64,000 nt of DNA from the NCBI GenBank assembly GCA_041665505.1, contig JBAYIR010000002.1, forward strand, positions 75,602-139,601, in the 5' to 3' direction. Of the stretch, positions 9,920 to 19,918 are shown piece after piece. The notes beneath the pieces are model-generated. The model searched no databases. It had not been told where the DNA came from and saw only the letters and a list, made by a program, of their open reading frames with translations. The translations under genes were made by a program, and so were the position numbers. This stretch comes from Patescibacteria group bacterium. GTDB lineage: Bacteria > Patescibacteriota > Patescibacteriia > UBA1558 > GWA2-36-10. Every line of letters starts with the position of its first letter. Positions within the stretch are counted from its first letter, which is position 1.

Positions 9920-12766
9920 TTATTTATTAATCATTTTGGCTAAATAATTACCAGTGTGAGATTCTTTGACTTTGGCTACCTGAGTTGGTGTGCCTTGAGC
10001 CACTATTTGGCCACCCTTATCTCCTCCTTCTGGTCCCAAATCTATTACCCAGTCAGAACTTTTAATGACATCCAAATTATGTTCAATCACTAGTACAGTA
10101 TTGCCTTTATCTACCAAGCGGTGTAAGACTTCCAACAATCTTTTGACATCATCAAAATGTAAGCCCGTAGTAGGCTCATCCAAAATGTATAAAGTTCGAC
10201 CAGAAGAACGACGGGATAATTCAGTAGCTAGTTTGATACGCTGAGCTTCACCGCCAGACAAAGTAGTAGCTGGTTGTCCAAGTTTTATATAACCTAAACC
10301 CACATCCACTAAAGTTTTTAGTTTATTATGTATATTTGGTACATCATCAAAAAAATTCATAGCCTCATCAGCGGTCATTTGTAAAACTTCTGAAATATCT
10401 TTGGCTTTATAATGTATTTCTAAAGCATCATCATTATATCTTTTGCCGTGGCATTCCTTACATTCTACATAGACATTTGGTAAAAAATTCATTTCTATTT
10501 TGATAGAACCATCGCCCTGACAATTCTCACAACGACCACCTTTAACATTAAAAGAAAATCTACCGGCTTTGTAGCCTCTAATTTGAGCTTCGGATAATTC
10601 CGCAAACAAATCTCTAATATAAGTAAAGGCTCCAGTATAAGTAGCGGGATTGGAGCGAGGGGTGCGACCAATTGGTGATTGATCAATATCAATTACTTTA
10701 TCTATATTTTCCAAGCCTTTGATTTCTCGATGCTCACCAGGATTATCTTTGGAGCGATAAAAATGTCTAGTCAAAGCTTTGGCTAAAATCTCCGTCATTA
10801 GAGTTGATTTACCAGAACCAGATACACCAGTCACGGATATAAATTTACCTAGTGGAAACTCCACATCTATGTCTTTGAGATTAAAAGCTTTGGCCCCCAA
10901 AATAGCTAAAAATTTGCCATTGCCTTTTCTATATTTTTTAGGCAAAGGAATAAATTTTTTGCCAGCTAAATACTGACCAGTCAGAGACTTTGGATTTTTT
11001 TTAATACTTTCTGGCGTGCCACAAGCAACTATCTCACCACCATGCTTACCAGCCCCTGGCCCAATGTCTATCAAATAATCCGCCTCCAGCATTGTTTCTT
11101 CGTCATGTTCAACGACAATGACTGAGTTACCCAAATCTCTCAAATCTTTAAGCGTCTTAATCAGCTTGGCATTATCTATTTGATGCAAACCAATAGATGG
11201 CTCATCCAAAATATAAAGCACTCCCGTCAGTGAAGAGCCAATCTGTGTAGCCAGACGAATACGTTGAGCTTCACCACCAGACAAAGTAGAAGCTGTTCTA
11301 TCTAAAGTCAGATAACTTAGTCCGACATTTTCCAAAAATACCAAACGCTCTCTGATTTCTTTGATTATTTGTTTGGCAATAATATTTTCATTTTCTGATA
11401 ATTCTTTTGACAAATCTCTGAATTCTCTTTGTAAATCATTGATATTTTGGCGAGAGATATCTGAGATGCTCTGGCCAGCTATTTTGATATTTAAAACTTC
11501 TGGTTTTAATCTTTTACCCTGACAATCTTCGCAGATTTCTATCCGCATATATCTTTCAATCTCACTACGGATATACTCAGAGTCAGTCTCTCGATATCTT
11601 CTTTCTAAGTTTGGTATGACTCCTTCAAAAGTATCGTTATTGTGATTATTAAACTTGGAATTATCAAGCTCTAATTTATAAGTTTCATCTCCGGTGCCTT
11701 GAAAAATAATATCTAGCTGCTTTCTGCTCAATTTATTGACGGGGACTCTAGTAGAAAAATTGTGTTTTTTGGCGACCGCCTCAATAATAGCTGTGTACCA
11801 ATTCTGATTGGCTGCGGTCCTAGACCAAGGACGGATAGCCCCCTCTGCCAAAGATAATTTTTTATTTGGTATCACCAAATCTTGATCGACGGTTAGTTTG
11901 GTACCTAAGCCCGTACAACTAGGACAAGCGCCGTGGGGACTATTGAAAGAAAAATTTCTAGACTCAATAGTCAAAAAAACTACCTCCGGATGTTCAAAAC
12001 AACTAAAGTGTTCGGAAAAAAATAAATCTTTTTTTTCTCTGGGCAAATGCACGGTCAAAAAACCATTACCTAAATCTAAAGCAATGTCTACTACCTGATT
12101 CAACCTGTCTTTAGTTTTTTTAGTACCATCCCGTCTAAGGTGATCAATAGCTACCTCAATATCATGCCTCTTATGTTTATCCAGTTCGATATTTAAAACA
12201 TCTTTAAGATTATAAAATTCTCCATCAATTCTAACTTTTTTATAGCCAGAAAGTTTTATCCTAGCGATAGCTTGTTGATGATCGCCTTTTTTATTTTTAA
12301 CAATTGGTGCCAGCACTATAAATTCTGCTTCTTTTGGTAATTGCCAAATTTTATTAGAAATTTCTTTTTGTGTTTGTTTGATCAAAGCTTTAGCACATTT
12401 GTGACAATGCGGCGTGCCGACTTTGGCAAACAAAAGTCTGAGATAATCATATATCTCTGTCACTGTCCCGACAGTGGAGCGAGGATTTCTAGAAGAAGAT
12501 CTCTGATCAATAGAAATAGCTGGTGACAAACCATCAATCTGTTCAACATCTGGCTTATCCATAATATCTAGAAACTGCCGAGCATAGGAAGACAATGATT
12601 CCACGTAACGACGTTGACCTTCGGCATAAATAGTATCAAATGCTAAAGAGGACTTTCCTGATCCAGAAAGTCCCGTAATAACCACAAATTTATTGCGTGG
12701 TATTTTTACATCTATATTTTTGAGGTTGTGCACTTTAGCACCTTTGATTGTAATAAATTGTGGCAT
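9920..12766 (-). CDS. uvrA: Excinuclease ABC subunit A.
   Basis: 948 aa. Two ABC modules are present: Walker [13 protein letters not shown] and [10 protein letters not shown], signature LSGGEAQRI in both halves, and zinc-finger cysteines. Confidence 0.97.
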   Translation of the reverse strand: MPQFITIKGAKVHNLKNIDVKIPRNKFVVITGLSGSGKSSLAFDTIYAEGQRRYVESLSSYARQFLDIMDKPDVEQIDGLSPAISIDQRSSSRNPRSTVGTVTEIYDYLRLLFAKVGTPHCHKCAKALIKQTQKEISNKIWQLPKEAEFIVLAPIVKNKKGDHQQAIARIKLSGYKKVRIDGEFYNLKDVLNIELDKHKRHDIEVAIDHLRRDGTKKTKDRLNQVVDIALDLGNGFLTVHLPREKKDLFFSEHFSCFEHPEVVFLTIESRNFSFNSPHGACPSCTGLGTKLTVDQDLVIPNKKLSLAEGAIRPWSRTAANQNWYTAIIEAVAKKHNFSTRVPVNKLSRKQLDIIFQGTGDETYKLELDNSKFNNHNNDTFEGVIPNLERRYRETDSEYIRSEIERYMRIEICEDCQGKRLKPEVLNIKIAGQSISDISRQNINDLQREFRDLSKELSENENIIAKQIIKEIRERLVFLENVGLSYLTLDRTASTLSGGEAQRIRLATQIGSSLTGVLYILDEPSIGLHQIDNAKLIKTLKDLRDLGNSVIVVEHDEETMLEADYLIDIGPGAGKHGGEIVACGTPESIKKNPKSLTGQYLAGKKFIPLPKKYRKGNGKFLAILGAKAFNLKDIDVEFPLGKFISVTGVSGSGKSTLMTEILAKALTRHFYRSKDNPGEHREIKGLENIDKVIDIDQSPIGRTPRSNPATYTGAFTYIRDLFAELSEAQIRGYKAGRFSFNVKGGRCENCQGDGSIKIEMNFLPNVYVECKECHGKRYNDDALEIHYKAKDISEVLQMTADEAMNFFDDVPNIHNKLKTLVDVGLGYIKLGQPATTLSGGEAQRIKLATELSRRSSGRTLYILDEPTTGLHFDDVKRLLEVLHRLVDKGNTVLVIEHNLDVIKSSDWVIDLGPEGGDKGGQIVAQGTPTQVAKVKESHTGNYLAKMINK

Positions 12767-12877
12767 AAAATAAAAAAATTTATGGACCTACGAATAAATC
12801 CGTACTTATTATATCTACTTCCGCCCAGACCTCAGTAGATTGCCCTCTTTATAATCAAATAACAGTCCCCGTAACTA

Positions 12878-12889
12878 TTCAAATTTGAA
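12878..12889. promoter_or_regulatory. Perfect 12-bp palindrome upstream of uvrA; candidate operator.
   Basis: TTCAAATTTGAA lies about 110 nt upstream of the uvrA start. The function is unknown. Confidence 0.2.
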
Positions 12890-12984
12890 CATAGTGAAAA
12901 TGAAGAATAGTGAAGAAGGACAAGACAATATCGTTGACTATGGTAACACGGATTTCATAACAAGTCAATAATTAGAGTATCAAG

Positions 12985-13500
12985 GGCAAAATTAAAGGGA
13001 GCCGGTGAGGGCCCCCTAGATTTCTCGACCACAAAGCCCGCTCTAGTACAGGATATCATCTTCCGATAACTCATTACGGAGCACGGGCACCAGCCGACGT
13101 GGCCGCGTGATCGTGTCACACGAGGGCTTGGGTTGTGATTCAGGTTTGGGTTCAGGCTTGAACTTCGGCGGATTGGCCTTGGCTGGTGGTAAGGCATCCA
13201 AACCCTTGAAGCCACGATTAACAGCATTGCGGATACGCTGAATATGAAACTTCTTCTCCTCCACGGTCCAAGGACCACGACTGTTGAGCTTGATAAACAG
13301 GTCCCGCAAATGCTTGCACTTGCCACGAGACCGACGAGGCTGGCGACGCGAAACACGTTTAGAAGGGTCATAACGACGTTCAGAGTGGGTTATAGGTGCA
13401 AACTTGGACTTGCCACGGCTGCGCCGAAGCGGACGGTAGGTGGCACTCTTAAGAGACATGCTGTTACTCCTTATGGCCTGAGTGAAGAACATCCTGGGAA
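12985..13500. other. GC-rich compositional island 1.
   Basis: High-GC codon usage shifts abruptly against the AT-rich flanks. The island holds one gene with an AAGGAG RBS. Confidence 0.7.
13043..13459 (-). CDS. Highly basic Arg/Lys-rich small protein of unknown function, encoded in a GC-rich island.
   Basis: The ATG at 13459-13457 is preceded by AAGGAG at a 7-nt spacing. The product reads MSLKSATYRPLRRSRGKSKFAPITHSERRYDPSKRVSRRQPRRSRGKCKHL..., with an internal RRSRGK repeat and a PKFKPEPKPESQPKP tract. The longer ORF starting at 13492 lacks an RBS. Confidence 0.5.
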   Translation of the reverse strand: MSLKSATYRPLRRSRGKSKFAPITHSERRYDPSKRVSRRQPRRSRGKCKHLRDLFIKLNSRGPWTVEEKKFHIQRIRNAVNRGFKGLDALPPAKANPPKFKPEPKPESQPKPSCDTITRPRRLVPVLRNELSEDDILY

Positions 13501-13588
13501 AACAAAAATATATTATAATTGCTAAGCCTAATTGTCAATTTTTAAACTAAGCATTAATCTACTAAATATTGCTAAATTAAGCCTAAAG

Positions 13589-13617
13589 TTGACAAAAAGA
13601 GCTTTATCTGTTAGTAT
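13589..13617 (+). promoter_or_regulatory. Sigma-70-type promoter of secG.
   Basis: TTGACA (13589-13594), a 17-nt spacer, then TAGTAT (13612-13617), about 30 nt upstream of the secG ATG. Confidence 0.6.
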
Positions 13618-13647
13618 GGGGTAGTTATTTATTACTTCTCATAAACA

Positions 13648-13866
13648 ATGAAAAACTTAATCTATATTATTCAAATTGTGATTTCCATCCTTTTGATGAT
13701 CAGTATTTTGCTCCAACAAAAAGGATCTGGCCTAGGAGCTGGTTTCGGCGGCGAAGGCACTGTTTACCGTACCAAGAGAGGCGCTGAAAAATTTATTTTC
13801 AAATTTACAATTGTCTTAGCTGTTTTATTTTTGGCCACCTCCTTGGCTAATTTATTTATCGAATAG
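13648..13866 (+). CDS. secG: Preprotein translocase subunit SecG.
   Basis: 72 aa with two TM helices and LLQQKGSGLGAGFGGEG, the SecG glycine-rich signature. Confidence 0.8.
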   Translation: MKNLIYIIQIVISILLMISILLQQKGSGLGAGFGGEGTVYRTKRGAEKFIFKFTIVLAVLFLATSLANLFIE

Positions 13867-13922
13867 CTATTTTTAATAATTAAAACAAAAATATAAAGAT
13901 CCCCTCTAAAATTAAAAGTTTT

Positions 13923-15767
13923 TTGATTTTTACAAAAAATAAAAGTCAAAATATCTTTGGCTATTTTTTGTCTTTGATTAAAATTGGTAAAGATAAGCTG
14001 GCTTTAAATGAAGAAACTGATGTTAATCAGCAACTGATAATACAGCTCAACAAAAAGAAAATTCCTAACTTAGGACAGCTAAAACAATTACCAAAGTTCC
14101 TTAATAAAAAAGAAAAACTCCAATTGACCCTAGCCTTGGCTATATTTATAATATCCAGTTTTGGTGTTGCTTGGCGTTTTTATCTAAAGAGTTCAAATAC
14201 TGTCCCCGACTACGGCGGTACTTATATTGAAGGTATGATTGGTGTACCAAATTTGGTCAATCCTATACTAGCTACCAGTGATGTGGATAGAGACCTGACT
14301 AAATTGATATTTTCAGGTCTGATGAAGCAAGATGGTTCTAATCAACTAGTACCTGATTTGGCTAGTGGCTATAGTATAGACGCCAGTCAAACTACTTATA
14401 CTTTTGAGTTGCGCGATGATTTGCGCTGGCACGATGGAGAGCCTATCACTGCTCAAGATGTCTTATTTACTATCGCCAACATCAAAAATCCCGAATACAA
14501 AAGTCCTTTTAAAAATAGTTTCAATGGCGTCAGTGTCCAAGCTATCAATGATAGTACTATTCAATTTAAGTTAGAAAAACCTTTTAGTCCTTTTCTATCA
14601 ATTTTGACTATTGGTATTTTACCTGAACATCTTTGGTATTCCATTCCTGCTTTTGGTGCTAATTTAGCTGATTTAAATATCAAGCCAATTGGTTCTGGAC
14701 CATACAAATTCAAATCCCTGACTAGAGAAAGTAGTGGCAGTATCAAATCATACGTTCTAGAATCATACGAAGATTATCATCTAGCTAGAGCCTACATCAA
14801 TGAATTAAGTTTTAAATTCTACCCTGATTTTGAAACAGCGGTGACTGCTTTGCAAAACAAAAATGTAGATGGACTTATTTACCTGCCAAAAGAATACAAA
14901 GAACAGCTAAAAAATTCCAAAATCACTTTGCACAACCTACAATTTCCTCAATACACCGCCTTATTTTTCAATCCCAAAAATAATAATCTGCTAAATGATA
15001 ATAGTTTCCGCCAAGCCCTGTCTTTGGCTGTAGATAAACAAAGAATACTTGATGAAGTATTATATGATGATGGACAAATAATACATGGTCCTATTTTACC
15101 TGGCCTGCTAGGTTATAATAGTGAACTTAAAGCTGAGGATTATAACGTTGATAAAGCCAAAGAAATCTTAGATGGTTTAAAATGGCCGATGCCAGCTGAA
15201 GGAAATTTCCGCACCCAAACTAAAGATGATCAAAGCACCGAATTGAGCATCAAAATAAGCACCATTGACCAAGCTGAAAATGTGAAAATAGCTTCCATTA
15301 TTCAAGAAAATTGGCAAAGTATAGGCATCAAAACTGAATTAGATATTGTCTCCAAAGATAAAATAAAAAAAGACAGAATTGATGGACGTGATTATCAAGT
15401 ATTAATCTTTGGCCAAGTAATAAATACTAACTCTGGACCTTACCCCTTTTGGCATTCTAGCCAAAATACCAATCCGGGGCTAAACCTGAGTGTCCTGGCC
15501 AACAAAGATATCGATAGCTACCTAGATACAATACGTAATGCCCCAAATGAAGCAACGGCTTTAGAACCGCTACAAAAATTTCAAGAAAAATTATTGGATT
15601 TAAATTTTGCTATATTTTTATATAATCCTACTTACACTTATCCTATCGCTGATAAATTAAAAGGCTTAGAAGACCTAAAATTTATTAATTTACCAGCTGA
15701 TAGATTCAACAACATCACGTCTTGGTATATAAAAACCAAACGTATGTTATCACGTAATGATTCTTAA
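13923..15767 (+). CDS. ABC transporter substrate-binding protein, family 5 (oligopeptide/nickel type), membrane-anchored.
   Basis: The SBP_bac_5-like core reads GGTYIEGMIGVPNLVNPILATSDVDRDLTKLIFSGLM...LRDDLRWHDGEPITAQDV. An N-terminal TM anchor is present. The annotated start at 13923 is TTG, so the true start is uncertain. Confidence 0.65.
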   Translation: MIFTKNKSQNIFGYFLSLIKIGKDKLALNEETDVNQQLIIQLNKKKIPNLGQLKQLPKFLNKKEKLQLTLALAIFIISSFGVAWRFYLKSSNTVPDYGGTYIEGMIGVPNLVNPILATSDVDRDLTKLIFSGLMKQDGSNQLVPDLASGYSIDASQTTYTFELRDDLRWHDGEPITAQDVLFTIANIKNPEYKSPFKNSFNGVSVQAINDSTIQFKLEKPFSPFLSILTIGILPEHLWYSIPAFGANLADLNIKPIGSGPYKFKSLTRESSGSIKSYVLESYEDYHLARAYINELSFKFYPDFETAVTALQNKNVDGLIYLPKEYKEQLKNSKITLHNLQFPQYTALFFNPKNNNLLNDNSFRQALSLAVDKQRILDEVLYDDGQIIHGPILPGLLGYNSELKAEDYNVDKAKEILDGLKWPMPAEGNFRTQTKDDQSTELSIKISTIDQAENVKIASIIQENWQSIGIKTELDIVSKDKIKKDRIDGRDYQVLIFGQVINTNSGPYPFWHSSQNTNPGLNLSVLANKDIDSYLDTIRNAPNEATALEPLQKFQEKLLDLNFAIFLYNPTYTYPIADKLKGLEDLKFINLPADRFNNITSWYIKTKRMLSRNDS

Positions 15768-15804
15768 ATCTTACGAACTAATTAACTAAAAATTATAAAC
15801 TGTT

Positions 15805-17841
15805 ATGAATGCAATGAAAGATTCGACCGATAATTTATTATCCGGCGCTAATCATGCTAATAAACCTAGTCGCCCAGATGGTGCTACTAGTAAAAGAAAA
15901 TACCCTAAAAAAAGGGTAAATATTAATCGTACTAAACATAAAACAAATCAAAGAACTCATCTAGATACTAGACCAGCTCCTAAAAATGTGAGCCCAGTGG
16001 GTCACGCTAGGCATCAGGAAGTCAAAAATATCAAGGCTCCCACTCAATTAAATCAGACCCCAGTTGGTGCTACTGCTATTAAAGCACCACATCAAACATC
16101 ACACCGAAAAAACAACCGTTCACTCAAACATCAAGATAGTGAAAGAAATAAAACTAGAAATGTTAAGGCTTTGGGTGCTAACAAACTGAGAATTATTCCT
16201 CTGGGTGGTTGTGAAGAAGTCGGTCGCAATATGACTGTCTTTGAATATGGCTCTGACATAATTATTATTGATATGGGTTTGCAGTGGCCAGAAGAAGATA
16301 TGCCAGGTATTGATTATATCATTCCCAATGTTTCCTATCTCAAAGGCAAAGAAAAAAATATCCGCGGTGTGATTATCACCCACGGTCACTATGACCATAT
16401 TGGTGCTATTCCTCATTTGATTCCTAAATTGGGTCATCCCACTATTTATGGTACTCCTCTAACCTTGGGTATTATTGCCAAACGTCAAGAAGATTTCAAA
16501 GGTGAAAAAGCTCTTAAACTAGCTTCTATTACCACAGCCAATAAATTGGTCTTGGGTAAATTTAGAATAAGTTTTTTTGGTGTCAGTCACAATATCCCCG
16601 GATCAGTCGGTGTCATCATTGATACTCCAGTCGGCAAAGTAGTCCATACTGGTGACTTTAAGCTTGATGCCAAAGCTTCTGGAGATGCTCCTACTGAAAT
16701 TGCCAAAATAGAAGCTCTAGGTAAACAAAATGTCATTGCTTTAATGGCTGACTCTACCAATGCTCCTCATACTGGACATCAATTGACTGAAGGCGATATC
16801 CAAAGCAATATTGATGAAATATTGACTCAGGCTCCTGGTCGAACCATAGTCGGCACTTTTGCCTCACTACTTGGTAGAATACAACAAATTATTTGGGCGG
16901 CTGAAAAAATAAATAAAAAAGTAGTGATTGAAGGATTCTCCATGAAAAGAAACGTGGAGTTGGCTCAAGAGTTGGGCTATATGAAAGTCAAAAAAGGCAC
17001 TATCATCCAACTCAAAGACATGAAGAGCTACCCAGACAACAAAATTATTATCATGTGTACTGGTGCTCAAGGTGAAGACAATGCAGTTCTCATGCGTATT
17101 GCTACCAACGAGCATCGTAGCCTCAAAGTAGAAAAAGGAGACACGATAGTATTTTCTTCCTCAGTCATTCCTGGTAATGAAAGATCAGTCCAAAGACTAA
17201 AAGATAATCTCTATAGAAAAGGAGCTGAGGTAATCAACTACAAAATGATGGACGTCCACGCTGGTGGACACGCCAAGCAAGAAGATTTGCTGGAAATGAT
17301 CCAAATGGTCAAACCAAAATATCATATTCCAGTTTATGGTAACCACTCTTTCTTAAAAATTCACGGCAAAGTCGCCCAACGGGCTGGCATTCCTGAAGAA
17401 AGAATCTTTATTCCTGACAACGGCCAGATTATTGAATTTGACGCCCACGGCAACGGTATATTAACCAAAGAAAAAACCAATTCCGAATACATCTTTGTTG
17501 ATGGTCTGGGTGTGGGTGATGTTTCTCATGTTGTCTTGCGTGATCGCCAGATGATGGCTGAAGATGGCATGGTAGTCGTGATTGCTACTATTGGCAAAAA
17601 CGGCAAGTTGATTCATTCACCTGATATTATATCGCGTGGCTTTATCTACATGAGAGAAAACAAAGAAATTGTAGAAACTATTCGCACCAAGGTAAAAAAT
17701 ATCGTCAATGAACACAACAAAACCAACGGTAAAATAAATGATACCTATATCAAAGAATCACTGAGAAATGATCTAGGACAATTTATCTTCCAAAAAACCA
17801 AAAGAAGACCGATGATACTACCGGTAGTAATAGAAGTATAA
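15805..17841 (+). CDS. rnj: Ribonuclease J with a long basic N-terminal extension.
   Basis: A metallo-beta-lactamase, beta-CASP and C-terminal domain follow LRIIPLGGCEEVGRNMTVFEYG...VIITHGHYDHIGAIP. The first ~125 aa are K/R/H/T/N-rich with low complexity. Confidence 0.9.
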   Translation: MNAMKDSTDNLLSGANHANKPSRPDGATSKRKYPKKRVNINRTKHKTNQRTHLDTRPAPKNVSPVGHARHQEVKNIKAPTQLNQTPVGATAIKAPHQTSHRKNNRSLKHQDSERNKTRNVKALGANKLRIIPLGGCEEVGRNMTVFEYGSDIIIIDMGLQWPEEDMPGIDYIIPNVSYLKGKEKNIRGVIITHGHYDHIGAIPHLIPKLGHPTIYGTPLTLGIIAKRQEDFKGEKALKLASITTANKLVLGKFRISFFGVSHNIPGSVGVIIDTPVGKVVHTGDFKLDAKASGDAPTEIAKIEALGKQNVIALMADSTNAPHTGHQLTEGDIQSNIDEILTQAPGRTIVGTFASLLGRIQQIIWAAEKINKKVVIEGFSMKRNVELAQELGYMKVKKGTIIQLKDMKSYPDNKIIIMCTGAQGEDNAVLMRIATNEHRSLKVEKGDTIVFSSSVIPGNERSVQRLKDNLYRKGAEVINYKMMDVHAGGHAKQEDLLEMIQMVKPKYHIPVYGNHSFLKIHGKVAQRAGIPEERIFIPDNGQIIEFDAHGNGILTKEKTNSEYIFVDGLGVGDVSHVVLRDRQMMAEDGMVVVIATIGKNGKLIHSPDIISRGFIYMRENKEIVETIRTKVKNIVNEHNKTNGKINDTYIKESLRNDLGQFIFQKTKRRPMILPVVIEV

Positions 17842-17925
17842 AATAATAAGCCTCAAGTTGACCTTGGGGCTTTATTTAGATAAAATGAAGCTAAGTATAA
17901 AATAAATCTCTGATTAATAAGCAAA

Positions 17926-18909
17926 ATGAATAATAAAAAAATGCCTTTAAGTGGCAAAAAAACATTATTTTCTGGCATTCAACCAACTGGCAATCTCCAT
18001 TTGGGAAATTATCTAGGGGCCATTAAAAATTGGGTGGAACTACAAGAAAAATATCAATGTATTTTTTCCATTGTTGACTTGCATGCACTAAGCTCCAATA
18101 TAGAAGCGCAGAAAATGAGAAGTAATATCTTTGAGCTAGCTGTTGATCTTTTGGCCCTAGGTATTAATCCCAAAAAATCTATTTTATTTCAACAATCAAA
18201 AGTAGCTGAACACACTGAATTGACTTGGATTTTTAATTGCCTGACTCCAGTAGCTGAGTTAGAAAGAATGACTCAATTCAAAGATAAAGCTAAAGAGCAA
18301 ATTAGCAATATCAACGCCGGACTTTTTGATTATCCAGTGCTCATGGCCGCTGATATTTTATTGTACAAAGCTGAGTTTATTCCTGTGGGTGAAGACCAAA
18401 TTCAGCACGTAGAATTGACTAGGATTATTACCAAAAAATTTAATAATCGTTTTGGTCAATATTTTCCTGAAGCTCAAGCCATACTATCTCCAGCCAAAAG
18501 ACTAATGGCTTTAAATAACCCGGCTAAAAAAATGAGCAAATCTTTGGGAGAGGCTAGTTATATTGCTATCAGAGATAGTGAGGAGACTATCAAACAAAAA
18601 ATAAAAAAAGCAGTCACTGATGAAACAGGTGTTAAAAATCTGCTAGAGCTCTATAGTTATTTTGGTGATGAAAGCAAGCATAAAAAAATGCTCAGCCAAC
18701 ATCAAGAAGGAAAATTAATGAATGTTGAATTAAAAGAAGAACTGACTAAAGCTATTATCACTTTCCTTACCCCTGTACAGAAAAAAATCAAAGCCCTAGA
18801 AAAAAATCCTAAACAAGTTGAAAAAATTCTAGCTGATGGAGCAAAGCGAGCCCAAAAAATCGCTAAACAAAATATGACAGCCATTAGAAAAATAGTAGGT
18901 CTAAGATAA
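17926..18909 (+). CDS. trpS: Tryptophan--tRNA ligase.
   Basis: LFSGIQPTGNLHLGNYLGAI carries the class I HIGH-type motif, and KKMSKSLGEAS carries KMSKS. Confidence 0.9.
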   Translation: MNNKKMPLSGKKTLFSGIQPTGNLHLGNYLGAIKNWVELQEKYQCIFSIVDLHALSSNIEAQKMRSNIFELAVDLLALGINPKKSILFQQSKVAEHTELTWIFNCLTPVAELERMTQFKDKAKEQISNINAGLFDYPVLMAADILLYKAEFIPVGEDQIQHVELTRIITKKFNNRFGQYFPEAQAILSPAKRLMALNNPAKKMSKSLGEASYIAIRDSEETIKQKIKKAVTDETGVKNLLELYSYFGDESKHKKMLSQHQEGKLMNVELKEELTKAIITFLTPVQKKIKALEKNPKQVEKILADGAKRAQKIAKQNMTAIRKIVGLR

Positions 18910-18910
18910 A

Positions 18911-18950
18911 CAAAAAATCCCCCAGAACTCTGGGGGATTTTTTTTATTTT
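18911..18950. terminator. Bidirectional intrinsic terminator between trpS and ldh.
   Basis: Hairpin ATCCCCCAGA-ACTC-TGGGGGAT is flanked by an A-run and a T-run. Confidence 0.85.
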
Positions 18951-18960
18951 ACTAAATTAT

Positions 18961-19890
18961 TTATTTTAATTTGGCGATAGACTTAATAGCTTGTTTAATC
19001 ACCTTGGCTGATTTGATAAAATTGGCTTTTTCCAATTTTGACAGTTGCAGTGGCAGTTCTCCGACAATACCACCTTTACCAACTATAACCGGCGTACTCA
19101 AACAAACATCTTTGACTCCATAAATATTGTTTATCAAATGAGAGACTGACAAAACTGTCCGCTTGTCATGCAAAATGGAACTGATAATATAAGCCCCCGC
19201 TGAACCAATACCATAATAAGTAGATTGCTTGCCAGAAATAATAGCATAAGCAGCATTTTTGGCTTTGAAAAATAAATCTTTTTTATCTTGCTCACTCAAA
19301 TGCTTGTAAGTATCTAAACTGACATTTCCTACACTAGCTGTGCTCCAAACCGGAAATTCACTGTCACCATGCTCACCCATGATATAAGCGTGAATACTCT
19401 GAGTATTGATATCTAATTTTTCACTCAAAAGATGCCTCAGGCGAGCAGAATCAAGAGTGGTACCACTACCTATAATCTGTTTCTGCTTCTTGGGAAACAT
19501 AGAAATAGCCACATAAGTCAAAACATCTACCGGATTGGTAATCATTAGTATCACGGCCTGGGGATTGGCTTTAAAAATTTGTGGCACAATCTCTTTGATA
19601 ATTTTGGTATTTTTGCCTATCAAATCTAGACGAGTCTCCCCTGGCTTTTGCGCCGCTCCACAAGTAATCACTACCACATCACTATCTTTACAATCATTAT
19701 AAGTGCCGACTTTGACATTGGTATTTCTAGTAAAAGGCGCGCCGTGCTGTAAATCCATCACCTGAGCCTTGGCTAATTTTTTGTTGACATCTATCAAAGC
19801 CACCTCTTCGGCAATATCTTGGACTACTAGACTATAAGCCAGTGTGGAGCCGACCATGCCTGCTCCAACAATTGAGACTTTATTTTTCAT
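18961..19890 (-). CDS. ldh: L-lactate dehydrogenase.
   Basis: KVSIVGAGMVGSTLAYSL is the Rossmann motif. ITCGAAQKPGETRLDL and IMGEHGDS match L-LDH signatures. Confidence 0.85.
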   Translation of the reverse strand: MKNKVSIVGAGMVGSTLAYSLVVQDIAEEVALIDVNKKLAKAQVMDLQHGAPFTRNTNVKVGTYNDCKDSDVVVITCGAAQKPGETRLDLIGKNTKIIKEIVPQIFKANPQAVILMITNPVDVLTYVAISMFPKKQKQIIGSGTTLDSARLRHLLSEKLDINTQSIHAYIMGEHGDSEFPVWSTASVGNVSLDTYKHLSEQDKKDLFFKAKNAAYAIISGKQSTYYGIGSAGAYIISSILHDKRTVLSVSHLINNIYGVKDVCLSTPVIVGKGGIVGELPLQLSKLEKANFIKSAKVIKQAIKSIAKLK

Positions 19891-19918
19891 ATATATTTTA
19901 TATATTATTTATAAATAA

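Noticed and set aside
12955-13525. Overlapping ORFs 12955-13371 (-) and 13244-13525 (+), and the longer 13043-13492 (-) start, in GC-rich island 1.
   Set aside because: High GC suppresses stop codons in all frames, so multiple long overlapping ORFs are expected. Only the frame starting at the ATG at 13459 has a proper AAGGAG RBS and ends at the common stop 13043. The 13492 ATG has no RBS.
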